64,000 nt of DNA, from positions 96,001 to 160,000 of IMG/VR virus record IMGVR_UViG_3300032294_003343; one strand, 5' to 3'. Made by a program: the position numbers and the translations under genes. Source of the DNA: a virus. Shown piece by piece: positions 1-9,889 of the stretch. The notes below the pieces were generated by a model. That model saw only the letters and a program-made list of their open reading frames with translations, did no database searches and was not told the DNA's origin. Within the stretch, counting starts at the first letter, position 1. Each line of letters begins with the position of its first letter.

Positions 1-51
1 AAGGCGCAGAGGGCTCAATCAAGAGAGTTTAGAAAGTTTAATCTAGACTGA
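1..51 (+). CDS. 3' end of an upstream gene (partial, ...KAQRAQSREFRKFNLD*)
   Basis: Frame 1 is open from base 1 to TGA at 49-51 and is directly followed by a terminator-like hairpin. Confidence 0.5.
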   Translation, partial: KAQRAQSREFRKFNLD

Positions 52-87
52 ATAAAGGCTATCCAGTCGGATGGCCTTTATTTTTTT
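51..87 (+). terminator. Intrinsic terminator-like hairpin
   Basis: aataaaggctatcc-agtc-ggatggcctttatt stem (one G-U pair) followed by a T run. Confidence 0.7.
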
Positions 88-97
88 GGGAGAAAAT

Positions 98-1207
98 ATG
101 GCAAACGATTTTTCAGCTCAATCTTTTACTAACAGCACATTAGTTTATTACAACACTCAACCATCATATCCAGGGATCTTTATTGAATGGGAAAGATCTG
201 GAGCACAAAATGTTGCCTTTTATAAAATTCAAAAAAGCTCTAACTTTGAAGGCACATACACAACACTTGCTACAGTTCCATTTCCAACTAACGAAGGAGT
301 AGACACTAATGGATCACCTTCAGATTATTACAGAATTCAAGAAGTAGATACCAACGGAAATGTACTTAATACATCGTCTCCAATGCTAGGGGATGAATTA
401 CTCGTAAAAAGTAGTTTAAGGTATGAATTAGAGCATCTTTTGAACATTCCTATATATGACGAAGAAGTAATTTTCAGAAGAAATAGAAGTGTAGGTTCTG
501 TAGCGTTCCCATTTTGGAATTCAGTACCAAAAGCAGAAGTAAGAATTTCAGGTCCATCAAACCAAGGTGATAGAGACCCATTAATTCAATTATCAGAAAC
601 AGACCCAATTTACTCAACAATTAATACAACATATGACCCAATCATTAAAAATAGAGATGGCTATGAATCACAATACACTAATGGAAACAATTACCCAAAT
701 GGTTTATTGGTGAAGTATGATTTTATGGGAAACATATATTTTATTGATGTAAATGGCAATCCAGTGGAAATTCATAGCTACGATAATGTTTTAGTTTCAT
801 ATAGCATAAAAATGATTACAAATGACCATATGAACAGTAGCTTGTACATGGCATTACAAGCAATAAATTCACAACCTGGTGCAAGTAAATACCCAACAGT
901 AGCAGCAGCTCCATACTTTTACGATCCAGCATTAGTTTTCGGTGCAGCATATTACATCTTGAGAAGCCTTCTTACAAGCTTGACAAATAGACAAAGAAGA
1001 TTACTTATTGAAGATCCTGATGCAAGGATTACTGATGACATAAGACAATCAGCAACTATGTACAAAGAAGAGTTTGAAAAGATGTTGGAAAAATTACCTA
1101 TTGCTACTTACCCAGGAATTAGATCTGTTGTTGTACCAGAGTTTAATATGCCAGGAGGAAGAAGTAGATTTTTCAGATATATCTGGAATATTGGTACTGG
1201 AGGATAA
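98..1207 (+). CDS. Virion neck/head-tail adaptor-like protein with N-terminal Ig/Fn3-like domain
   Basis: Start moved to ATG 98 (GGGAGA RBS). The N-terminus shows an Fn3-like pattern (IEW..YKIQKS..YYRIQEVD). The helical C-terminus (LYMALQAINSQP..ALVFGAAYYIL) resembles adaptors, and the gene sits in a structural context. Confidence 0.5.
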   Translation: MANDFSAQSFTNSTLVYYNTQPSYPGIFIEWERSGAQNVAFYKIQKSSNFEGTYTTLATVPFPTNEGVDTNGSPSDYYRIQEVDTNGNVLNTSSPMLGDELLVKSSLRYELEHLLNIPIYDEEVIFRRNRSVGSVAFPFWNSVPKAEVRISGPSNQGDRDPLIQLSETDPIYSTINTTYDPIIKNRDGYESQYTNGNNYPNGLLVKYDFMGNIYFIDVNGNPVEIHSYDNVLVSYSIKMITNDHMNSSLYMALQAINSQPGASKYPTVAAAPYFYDPALVFGAAYYILRSLLTSLTNRQRRLLIEDPDARITDDIRQSATMYKEEFEKMLEKLPIATYPGIRSVVVPEFNMPGGRSRFFRYIWNIGTGG

Positions 1208-1360
1208 ATTGTTCTGTTGCTTAATCTAGCAACAATTAAATTTAAAATTTTAAATGAACAATTTTCTTTTAAAGATTAACGTTAATATACATTTTAATAT
1301 TAAATCTTAATTCCCATTATTAATGGGTGTAAGAAAAGAGAAAACTATGAGGATGAAAAA

Positions 1361-1777
1361 ATGAACAGAGTGATTAGAGTTTTGGACGACATAAAGACTA
1401 GAGTAGCACAAGTCAACCCAGATTTGAGCAGTAAGATCAATGATGCTGTTTTTGATATGGGAAGCAACATGCCTATGGAAACTGAAGATTCCACAATTGA
1501 CACAGGGGTCAATCCAAAGATTGAATCTTTTGCTAGACCACGTCCAAATGTTAGTGTAGTGAGTGATGATGAAACAGTGCATAGCTTTGCTGTTGAGATT
1601 AAGGCTAAGCACAATGGGCCAATTCCAGACACTCAATTAATGAGCAAGATTTTGCAATCAATTGAAAGTCATTCTGATACAGCCAAAGAGTTTGCTGCTG
1701 GAGATGGTCCAGAATCAAATTCATTCGAGGTTGTTAGTTTCAAATACGAAAGAAGAGACGACAAAAAGAAACAATAA
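1361..1777 (+). CDS. Hypothetical protein, possible internal head protein (N-terminal TRVAQ motif)
   Basis: 138-aa ORF with a GAGGA RBS. Confidence 0.6.
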   Translation: MNRVIRVLDDIKTRVAQVNPDLSSKINDAVFDMGSNMPMETEDSTIDTGVNPKIESFARPRPNVSVVSDDETVHSFAVEIKAKHNGPIPDTQLMSKILQSIESHSDTAKEFAAGDGPESNSFEVVSFKYERRDDKKKQ

Positions 1778-1781
1778 ACTG

Positions 1782-1796
1782 TAAAATCAGTTTATG
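1782..1796 (+). promoter_or_regulatory. -10 box 6 nt before ATG (leaderless-type promoter)
   Basis: TG-TAAAAT-cagttt-ATG with no Shine-Dalgarno sequence. Confidence 0.55.
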
Positions 1797-2333
1797 AACG
1801 ACGATCAGATCAAGGCCTTAAGACACTCTTTCACAAACCCGCATAGAGAAGATCTCCCCAAGCCAAAAGTCAATAAATTTGGACATACAGTGCTTGGGGA
1901 TGAAATGGAAATGACTGATCGTGAAATTGACCTAAAAATCAATGAATTTGGTGATGTTAGCGCAGAACCAAAGCAAAGTCTTTTTGACAGCCCAGAATTT
2001 CAAAAATGGGCAGAAAAACAACCCATATTGAAGCCATCTGAATCTGAAATGGAAGAAGAAGTAGAACAACATTCAGCAATTACTCCAAATGCTGTCAATA
2101 TTGCAGATTTAATTTCTGAACTTGACGAGATGGATGGTACTACTGAACGCAAGCAAGTAGAAAAGCATCAAATGAAAAATTGCGCAAATGAACACTGCTT
2201 GTATGCTTTGCCAATTGATGCTAAATTTTGCTTAAAGTGTGGCACAGCTCAATTAGCAAAATTCTGCGTTGAATGTGGGTTTAAGTTTTCAGCTATGGAA
2301 AAGTTCTGTCCTGATTGCGGAAACAAAAGATAG
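1794..2333 (+). CDS. Double zinc-ribbon (DZR) domain protein
   Basis: C-terminal CANEHC, CLKCG, CVECG and CPDCG motifs after an acidic N-terminus. Confidence 0.8.
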   Translation: MNDDQIKALRHSFTNPHREDLPKPKVNKFGHTVLGDEMEMTDREIDLKINEFGDVSAEPKQSLFDSPEFQKWAEKQPILKPSESEMEEEVEQHSAITPNAVNIADLISELDEMDGTTERKQVEKHQMKNCANEHCLYALPIDAKFCLKCGTAQLAKFCVECGFKFSAMEKFCPDCGNKR

Positions 2334-2356
2334 GTAAAGAGGCTGGATACCTAGTA
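2330..2356 (+). promoter_or_regulatory. Putative late promoter variant (ATAGG-N17-TAGTA)
   Basis: Same spacing as the AAAGG-N17-TAGAA motif upstream of head genes, ending 11 nt before ATG 2368. Confidence 0.4.
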
Positions 2357-2367
2357 TTTTCTTTATT

Positions 2368-3048
2368 ATGGAACGCTCTTGGTATCATATAGCAAAAGAA
2401 TGCACTGCCCTTAGAAAAAATGTTTTAAGAGCTGATTTATGTGTGTTCATTGATAATGAAGAAGCTTTTTCTAACGAAGATTATTTGAACTCAACAATAA
2501 AGTCAATTCTGACAGCAGCCATCATTAATGGCTTAGATATTGTAGGTATTTTATCTCCAGACACACCATCTGTAGGTTTAAGAGCAAAGCAAATGGCTCA
2601 GCAACAACAAATGGATATTGTTGTTGCTCCCGGACAAACTTACATCTGTACTGGAAAAGAAGAATTGTATGTTTACAATTTATTAAAATCAGTGCCAAAA
2701 AATCTTTCTATTGATAAAGCTTGTGGTTTTGTTCATGATCATAATGGGTTTGTTTTAGCTACAAATGTTAATTCAAAGTTGGCTCAAACCTTGAATCGTT
2801 TGCAAGGAAGTAAATATGCCCCTGATGGAGTTGAAATTTTTAACGCTAAATCTGGAGGATATAGAGACGTTGATATTGATTTCCCTAGATTTGTAAACTC
2901 AGGTTCTACTTCAGCTAATGACCTTGACAACTCAAATGTTTTTACTTTAATGCACAGAGAAGATGCACAGAAAATGGGATTGATACAAGGTGACGAAGGT
3001 GTTGAATACACACCAAAATATTTAAAACCACAAACAGGAGTAGTATAA
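2368..3048 (+). CDS. PHP-fold protein with degenerate metal ligands
   Basis: PHP motif order (RADLCV, GLDIVGI, APGQ, GFVLAT, DGVEIFNAK, SGSTS) is retained, but the His/Asp ligands are absent. Confidence 0.6.
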   Translation: MERSWYHIAKECTALRKNVLRADLCVFIDNEEAFSNEDYLNSTIKSILTAAIINGLDIVGILSPDTPSVGLRAKQMAQQQQMDIVVAPGQTYICTGKEELYVYNLLKSVPKNLSIDKACGFVHDHNGFVLATNVNSKLAQTLNRLQGSKYAPDGVEIFNAKSGGYRDVDIDFPRFVNSGSTSANDLDNSNVFTLMHREDAQKMGLIQGDEGVEYTPKYLKPQTGVV

Positions 3049-3542
3049 TGCCACGTTCTTACTGCACAACAAACGATGTTAAGCAATATCTCCCACCCAA
3101 TGTTGTAACAGAGGGTGATAATCCAATTCCTAACTTTAGAAATCCTACTCCAGAATCAGCATCAAATATCGACTTAGATTTCTTTATCCAGCAAGCATCA
3201 GCAGAAATTGATGCTAATCTTGCAACAATGTATGATGTCCCTTTGAAGCAAGTAAATATAGGTGGTGATGTCTCTTATCCTCACCCAGTCCCCGTCATTT
3301 GTGCTATTCTTTCAGCTCAAATGTACTATATGCAAGCACTTCAAGGAGCAGATCCACAATATTCTGAAGCACAAAAAGTAAGGTTTGACTTCGCCCAAAA
3401 TGAAATTGTCAGAATTCAAAACGGTGAAATTAGACTGTTTGGTCAAAGAAATACCCGTGGAGACAGGTTTGTAAGATCTACCTTGAGAGGAGTGGTAAAT
3501 AACCCAACAGAGGGCAAGCGTTCAAAAGGCCAAAGTCAATAG
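3048..3542 (+). CDS. Head-tail connector, Mu gp36/DUF1320-like
   Basis: YCTxxDV start, QASAEIDANLATMYDVPL, and ~160 aa helical size typical of the family. Confidence 0.75.
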   Translation: MPRSYCTTNDVKQYLPPNVVTEGDNPIPNFRNPTPESASNIDLDFFIQQASAEIDANLATMYDVPLKQVNIGGDVSYPHPVPVICAILSAQMYYMQALQGADPQYSEAQKVRFDFAQNEIVRIQNGEIRLFGQRNTRGDRFVRSTLRGVVNNPTEGKRSKGQSQ

Positions 3543-3551
3543 GTGAAATAA

Positions 3552-4328
3552 ATGCTTGAACGAGTTTATGATACCTTAAGAGGCATTTTATTTTATGAAT
3601 TGCCAAAAAATGCAAAAGGTGAAGCAGTAATTTTTGACAGACCTGTTTCTGGATTTTATATTGGAGAAGCAGGGGTAAAGCCTAATGCAATTTCGATTGT
3701 TTTCAAGGGTGCTAGTTCTCCATTAAAAGATATATCATTTGGTTTACAAGAGTTTGAACATAATGTGTCGATTGAAATCAGTGTTGGAGCTGACAATATT
3801 GAAACCACCGAAAGAGTCACACAAGAAGCTACCAGAATAATATTGTCCATATTGAGAAAACATAGAAGAATCTGGGTTGTAGATATTTGCCCAATTTGTG
3901 AAAAGTTTTCTCTTTCACCAGCCCATTTTACTGTTGATCACAATGACATATTAAGTTCATATGCAACTACAGTTACTAATGAATTTAATAATCTTTGGGC
4001 AGAAACGCACCCAGCAAATTTAGCGCCACCAACTTTACCAGATTCAGGTAAAGCAGCAGAAGCATTTATCAGAATGTATAACGATGTAGGGGCTGGAACT
4101 ACAGTAACAAATTTACCAACTAAAGCTAGAAATAATATTTTAAGAATGCAAGCAGATAATGTTGAGCCTGTCAGAATGCTTTATGATGTGCTTTGCAATG
4201 ACAATAAATCTTCTGACGATGCTACAGGTAAACAACTTTTCAGAAGTGGCACTATTACAATTACAGCAAAAGAATTAATAAGACAAATTTACTTTGGTCC
4301 AGATAATGTACCAACAACTGCATATTAA
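3552..4328 (+). CDS. Putative tail-completion/neck protein with CxxC insertion
   Basis: Follows the connector gene. Beta-alpha pattern (FEHNVSIEISV..ATRIILSILRKH..SGTITITA) with an internal CPIC. Confidence 0.45.
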   Translation: MLERVYDTLRGILFYELPKNAKGEAVIFDRPVSGFYIGEAGVKPNAISIVFKGASSPLKDISFGLQEFEHNVSIEISVGADNIETTERVTQEATRIILSILRKHRRIWVVDICPICEKFSLSPAHFTVDHNDILSSYATTVTNEFNNLWAETHPANLAPPTLPDSGKAAEAFIRMYNDVGAGTTVTNLPTKARNNILRMQADNVEPVRMLYDVLCNDNKSSDDATGKQLFRSGTITITAKELIRQIYFGPDNVPTTAY

Positions 4329-4330
4329 CA

Positions 4331-7300
4331 ATGAGTCTCGTATCCAAAAAAGGTCTTGAGTTTATTATCAATCAAATCGGTAAAGCAAAATACGCTTACA
4401 AAGATTTGGTTGGTGATTTATCTTTGAATCGTGGATATTATTTAGATTATGAAAGAATTGTAATAAAGCTTAGAGGTTCAACAATTTTTCACGACTATGA
4501 TTTAGCTGGAAAAACACCTCAAGGACTTACAACAAAGCCATACCAAACTTTTGATACTGTTGAAGATATTTCTTTTGGTTTTCAGGGTGGACAATATACA
4601 GTAGATCAAAAAATTTCTAGCTTTGCAAATACAGGTGGATGGACCCCTCAATATTACAATCCGCCAGCACCAGAAGGATGGGGAGTTTGGGATTACAATG
4701 CTTGGCAATACTTTGTTCCACCTTATAATGCTGCTGGTAATGCAAACACGTCTTACATCATTTACAATATAAATTCTGAGCCTGGGGATGGTTCAGAAAG
4801 AGTTAATTATGACTATCCTGTGAGATGGGATGGTAGTTTATATAGAAGAGTAAATTTATTTAATTCTTCAAGATGGATATCACTTAAAAATACGGGGACA
4901 GTTTCAAATAACGAAGCACATATTATAATTCCTAAATCTTATTTTGAAGGTGCACAATTTATAAACCCGCTTACGAATACTCCAAAAGATTTAGGTATAG
5001 CTTCTCACATCTTTCTCAAAACGCAAGGCATAGGTTCTACTTTTTCACTTGGTGGAAGTATGGCAGGACTAGCTCTCACTTATCTTGCTTACAATTTATC
5101 AGAAGTTTCTTCTACTGGTTCAACAACCGAAAGAATCAAAGATCATTATTTGTTTAAGGTTAAGACACCATCAACTTGGACTGCAGATTATTGGTATCAT
5201 TTAGCATTTTATTGGGATACTCACGATACAAATTTCCTTTCATCGTATCCAACATACACATCTGGAACTGCTATAACCTTTAATTCAAACAATTTTTCAT
5301 CAGCCTGGAACATCTATCCAAGGAAAACTTATTTACAAAAAGATATTCAGAACTACATTACATTTGATAAGACAGGTGTAAATGATACAAATATTTATCT
5401 TTTTTCAAGAAGTAAAACTAATCAAAAATATTACGATGGCGATTATATTACAACAACAGAACCATTCAGATATTTATATCCAGAAACTTTTAGCGCATAT
5501 GGAGACACGAATTCTTTAGCAAACTATGTTTCATTAAGTTCATATGAATATTTACCTGTGTTGATAGCAACTAAGAATATAATATCTGGTAATCAATATG
5601 AAAATGGAGACATAGACTTTTACTTATTCTTTGGTAAAGCAATGCCCCAAGAATCTGTTCCTGTAGATTGGGAAGACTTTACAAATTACCCAATTATAGA
5701 CAAGGACTATGATATTGTTGCTAAAATAATTTTGTCTTATCCATCATTTAAAACATCTGGAACAATAAAAACAAAAACTAGTACAACTTACAATTTAAAT
5801 AATGCATCTATAGTTTATATAAAAAGAAGTGCTGACAATTTTGTTGTGCCTCCAATTGGTGATAGTGAATTAATTGATGAAACCTTATTGGATGTTATTT
5901 CAATGACTTCATTCACTAGAAATGATGATTATGAAGACATTTATGACCAACTGGGTGTAGATTTAGTAGCTCCATTCACTAATTTTAAATCATATGGAAC
6001 AAATAGTTATATAGATTTTAAGAACAACAGCTTCAAAAAAACAAAACTTTTACATAATTTGTTGAAATACCCAATAGCACCAGCATTAAAATCTAACTTC
6101 CAAACAACTAAAGGTTCAGGAAAAATTACAATATCATCTGGAAACAATGTTGTTGTGGGAAGCGCTTCAAAATTCACAAAAGAAGTTACTGAAGGTGATT
6201 ACCTTTATAGTTCTGATGGAACAATTTTATATGGGCAAGTTCTTTCAATCATTACAGATACATACTTGACACTTGAAGAAAATTATAAATCATCTGTTGA
6301 CAATCAAGGTTATGGTATTAAGAATAATCCATTAGAAACAGAACCAATTAATATTGAAGTTGAAGAAATTGGAGCAAATGCAATGATTTCTTGGCTTTCC
6401 ATTCCTCCAACTAAAATTATTTTCAAATATGATGAAAGTGGCATGCAACTTAATGACATCAATTTTGAAAGCGATACAGAATTTGAATTTTATCAAGAGG
6501 TATCAAACATTCCAGATTTGCTTGATCAAGAAACAACTGGTACCAAACTTACAAAAGATTATGCTTTTTCAATTGTATTTCAAAATACTAGCAGTGACAA
6601 ATTCATAAAAAATATCAAATTAAATTCTTCAAAGTTTTTTATTACTGATGATGAGTATCTAAATAGACAGAAAAAAAATCTAACAACTTCTGGCTACTTT
6701 AAGCAAGGTTCGCAAACTGAGCAAACTAATAATTCACCTGGCACTTTTAACTCAATGGAAGAATATAGAGTTTATGGAAGTGCTGCAATTATTCCAAATA
6801 TGCAAATGGGCGAAAGTAGAGCAATATTAACAAAACAAGTTCAGCCTACAGATTCTACAAAACAAACAGAATCAGACTTTATTGCTAATCTTAAGTCCTT
6901 AAATCCAAGCATTTCAGAAGCAGAGATTCAAGACAAAATTAGTGATTACGAACTAACTAATTCTTTTTACACTCCAGATTTGAATCAATTTCCAAATACT
7001 TTTTCTACTATTAAAGAAATGGGTATGACAGTTTCTAACTATGCATTCAACAGAAGTAAACATTGGGTTTCAAACTACGATGAAATTATTGGAGCTGAAA
7101 AAGATAGTAAAACTTTTACAGCACAGAATGTTTTAGATTTAAGGTCTGATTCTTTCATTATTTCAATTGCTGGATATTCAACTTCAGACGCTTCAATAAA
7201 TAGTCTTGAAAACATTTATAAACAACAAATATCAATAGTTGACGCTACAAATATAAACCAAACTTCTAAAGGTAGTTTCAAAAGTGTCAACTATGATAGA

Positions 7301-9034
7301 TTTGCTTTTAAGATTACACCAAATGATTATCAAGATATAAAATCCTTAAAAATAAGATTACAAAGTCTAGCTGTTTGTAATAATCCTAATGCTTATATTC
7401 AGGTGAGTATTTGGGATAATTATAATAGCCTCCCAAATGCAAAGCTAATTACTGGTTCAAAAGTGTTCTATACAACTATAAAGAACATTCTTGATGATGT
7501 TTATTTCTATGTGAATTACTCATTAACAAAAGGTAGAACTTATTGGATAGTTTTTGAATCAAATACAAATCCTCCAAATTATGATGCTAAAACACTTGGA
7601 TTAATTAGTGTAAGTGGAACAGCAGTAAGTGGACTTTATAATCCAGCTACAAATACAACAGCTGATTTTAATAAATATCAAAAGTATGCTTCTATTGGGT
7701 TTGGCAGTACTATGCCAAGTGATATTTCTACTTGGTATGAAATTGCTTCTATAGGCTCTTCTTCCATAATGACATTGTCAGGAAGTGCTGGAACAAGCGA
7801 CAATCAAAGTTATGTAATTAAGTACGACCTTAGATTACAGATACAAGAGTCATCCACTCCAACTGCTTCTAACATGGCCTTTTATGACGGATATTCTTGG
7901 ACAGTATCTACAGGTACACCATACGTTGAGTTCTTTGATCTGGATCACGAAATTTATGCTGCATTTAATAGGGATTTCAATTACTCTTCTCTTGTAATGC
8001 CAGCACCTAATAAATCAAGAGCAAACAATACTGATTATTATGTAGACGAATTTTGGACAATAAATAATCAAAACTTATTTACTCCATCACAACTAAGCAT
8101 TTACCCAAGATCGTTTGTATCAAGAGTGGTTGCAATTGGTGCCACTGGAACTTCTGGCACAAACTTACTCTACATGCCGGAAGAAAATTTTGATCCCTCT
8201 GTTATGGTTGGTATAGCAGTGACTTCAAATGTCATTGCAAGTGGCACAGCAATTACAAACTTGACTTATGATTCAACAAGTAGCTTATATAAAGTTTACT
8301 TGAGCAATAATTTATCAGGTACAGCAAATACTCATTACTTTGGGGACAATACAAATAGATATATAAAAAGAGCACATGACATTCATTTATATCTTAAGTA
8401 CAATGTAGACAACCATCTTCAAACAACATATATAAAACTTGAAAAATCTCCCACATGGATCACTCAGTGGTATAAAAAGTCTGACTGGAATTATCTTGAA
8501 TTAGATAATAATGAAATGAGTGATTTATCATCAGCGCACCATAATATTAATTTTGATAATTTTAGTGGATTGGGACAAACAAATTACTTCAATGGTTCTG
8601 CTATAGGAAATTTCACTTCTCTTTCATCAATTGGAGCAACTTTTGATTTTAGAATTACAACAAATGGTGGAATAAAATTCTTCATAAACAATGAAGAAAA
8701 ACCATATATAAGTGATTGGAATAACACTACTTCAACATCGTTCACAACTTCATATGTTGCTACAGGAAGTTCACAACCTATTTCTTTAGAATTACAATTT
8801 AATAATTATCAAAACTTACATAGTTTGAAATTAGAGTGGAGAGTAACTGGCACTTCATCATGGCAAGAAGTAAATAGCTCTTTTTACCAAGATGTTTCTG
8901 TTAGTCCAATTTTAATAGATAGCAATAAAATTGAAAATCTTACTTACTTAGTTGTTGGTAAAACTTTGGAAGAAATAAATGATCAATATTATGGTTTTCC
9001 AGTTACTGACAAGATTGTGATTAGGAACAAATAA
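4331..9034 (+). CDS. Large virion structural/receptor-binding protein with C-terminal PA14-like domain
   Basis: 1567 aa, rich in S/T/N/Y. Contains a tail-fibre-type repeat (GSGKITISSGNNVVVGSASKFT) and a PA14-like end (FDFRITTNGGIKFFIN..ISDW..ISLELQF..LKLEW). Confidence 0.65.
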   Translation: MSLVSKKGLEFIINQIGKAKYAYKDLVGDLSLNRGYYLDYERIVIKLRGSTIFHDYDLAGKTPQGLTTKPYQTFDTVEDISFGFQGGQYTVDQKISSFANTGGWTPQYYNPPAPEGWGVWDYNAWQYFVPPYNAAGNANTSYIIYNINSEPGDGSERVNYDYPVRWDGSLYRRVNLFNSSRWISLKNTGTVSNNEAHIIIPKSYFEGAQFINPLTNTPKDLGIASHIFLKTQGIGSTFSLGGSMAGLALTYLAYNLSEVSSTGSTTERIKDHYLFKVKTPSTWTADYWYHLAFYWDTHDTNFLSSYPTYTSGTAITFNSNNFSSAWNIYPRKTYLQKDIQNYITFDKTGVNDTNIYLFSRSKTNQKYYDGDYITTTEPFRYLYPETFSAYGDTNSLANYVSLSSYEYLPVLIATKNIISGNQYENGDIDFYLFFGKAMPQESVPVDWEDFTNYPIIDKDYDIVAKIILSYPSFKTSGTIKTKTSTTYNLNNASIVYIKRSADNFVVPPIGDSELIDETLLDVISMTSFTRNDDYEDIYDQLGVDLVAPFTNFKSYGTNSYIDFKNNSFKKTKLLHNLLKYPIAPALKSNFQTTKGSGKITISSGNNVVVGSASKFTKEVTEGDYLYSSDGTILYGQVLSIITDTYLTLEENYKSSVDNQGYGIKNNPLETEPINIEVEEIGANAMISWLSIPPTKIIFKYDESGMQLNDINFESDTEFEFYQEVSNIPDLLDQETTGTKLTKDYAFSIVFQNTSSDKFIKNIKLNSSKFFITDDEYLNRQKKNLTTSGYFKQGSQTEQTNNSPGTFNSMEEYRVYGSAAIIPNMQMGESRAILTKQVQPTDSTKQTESDFIANLKSLNPSISEAEIQDKISDYELTNSFYTPDLNQFPNTFSTIKEMGMTVSNYAFNRSKHWVSNYDEIIGAEKDSKTFTAQNVLDLRSDSFIISIAGYSTSDASINSLENIYKQQISIVDATNINQTSKGSFKSVNYDRFAFKITPNDYQDIKSLKIRLQSLAVCNNPNAYIQVSIWDNYNSLPNAKLITGSKVFYTTIKNILDDVYFYVNYSLTKGRTYWIVFESNTNPPNYDAKTLGLISVSGTAVSGLYNPATNTTADFNKYQKYASIGFGSTMPSDISTWYEIASIGSSSIMTLSGSAGTSDNQSYVIKYDLRLQIQESSTPTASNMAFYDGYSWTVSTGTPYVEFFDLDHEIYAAFNRDFNYSSLVMPAPNKSRANNTDYYVDEFWTINNQNLFTPSQLSIYPRSFVSRVVAIGATGTSGTNLLYMPEENFDPSVMVGIAVTSNVIASGTAITNLTYDSTSSLYKVYLSNNLSGTANTHYFGDNTNRYIKRAHDIHLYLKYNVDNHLQTTYIKLEKSPTWITQWYKKSDWNYLELDNNEMSDLSSAHHNINFDNFSGLGQTNYFNGSAIGNFTSLSSIGATFDFRITTNGGIKFFINNEEKPYISDWNNTTSTSFTTSYVATGSSQPISLELQFNNYQNLHSLKLEWRVTGTSSWQEVNSSFYQDVSVSPILIDSNKIENLTYLVVGKTLEEINDQYYGFPVTDKIVIRNK

Positions 9035-9888
9035 TGGCAATGAATTATGCTTCAGCAAACACAATGAATAATTTAGTGCTTGCTCTTGATCAAACAGCCA
9101 GAACAGTTGATATGGCATTAGCTTCTCAGGAATATGCCTTATCATATAATACTGCTGAGCGTAATTTACAATTGCTATATGGTTTATCAGCAATAAAATC
9201 TCAGAATTATAACATGGTTCTTGATGTCTTAAGTTTTGGTAAAGGTTTAGTAAAAACTGCTTTATCAACCACCAATATTGAACTACCTAGTGGAAATGAA
9301 CAAGGATACACAATTCAAGAAGTATTAGGAAATATTGACGTAATGTCAGATGGATATATTTTTGGGAAGATTTTTCTAACTTCTGATAGTGTTGATGGTG
9401 AGGAATTAGTATTTTCTTTAGCAAGACCAATAAATGATCCAAATGGCAGTCCTTTGATTATAAGTAAGGATATTGATATAGATACTGCTGAAGAAATTAT
9501 TAAAACGTCACAAGAGTTATCATTTACGACAGATAAATCTTATGCAATAGAAATATATAAATTTATAGCAGATATTTCTTATTATGATCAGACAATCAAA
9601 AACTCTAGAGTATTTTTCAAACTTATAGATGAAAGATTACCAAGAGGATACTTTGGGTACACAGAAGAGAATATTTCAAAAATAGTTATCTCATCAATCA
9701 TAAGAAATTATGCATTAATTTCAGAACAATATAATACACAGAAAAATTTAACTAAAAGCATCATCACAAATTGGGTAGGAAGTTCAACTTGGAACCCTGA
9801 CTTTGCATCATATTGGCAAAATTCAGATCAAACGTTACCTAGTAGGCTTTTATCTTACTTGTCATCAGAGTTGAGTATAAATATATAA
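9034..9888 (+). CDS. Hypothetical virion-associated protein
   Basis: 284-aa ORF coupled to the previous gene by a TAATG overlap. Confidence 0.6.
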   Translation: MAMNYASANTMNNLVLALDQTARTVDMALASQEYALSYNTAERNLQLLYGLSAIKSQNYNMVLDVLSFGKGLVKTALSTTNIELPSGNEQGYTIQEVLGNIDVMSDGYIFGKIFLTSDSVDGEELVFSLARPINDPNGSPLIISKDIDIDTAEEIIKTSQELSFTTDKSYAIEIYKFIADISYYDQTIKNSRVFFKLIDERLPRGYFGYTEENISKIVISSIIRNYALISEQYNTQKNLTKSIITNWVGSSTWNPDFASYWQNSDQTLPSRLLSYLSSELSINI

Positions 9889-9889
9889 A

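Noticed and set aside
1208-1360. ncRNA, tRNA or origin in the AT-rich gap
   Set aside because: Only a weak 7-bp hairpin (1215-1234) is present, with no cloverleaf, iterons or repeats.
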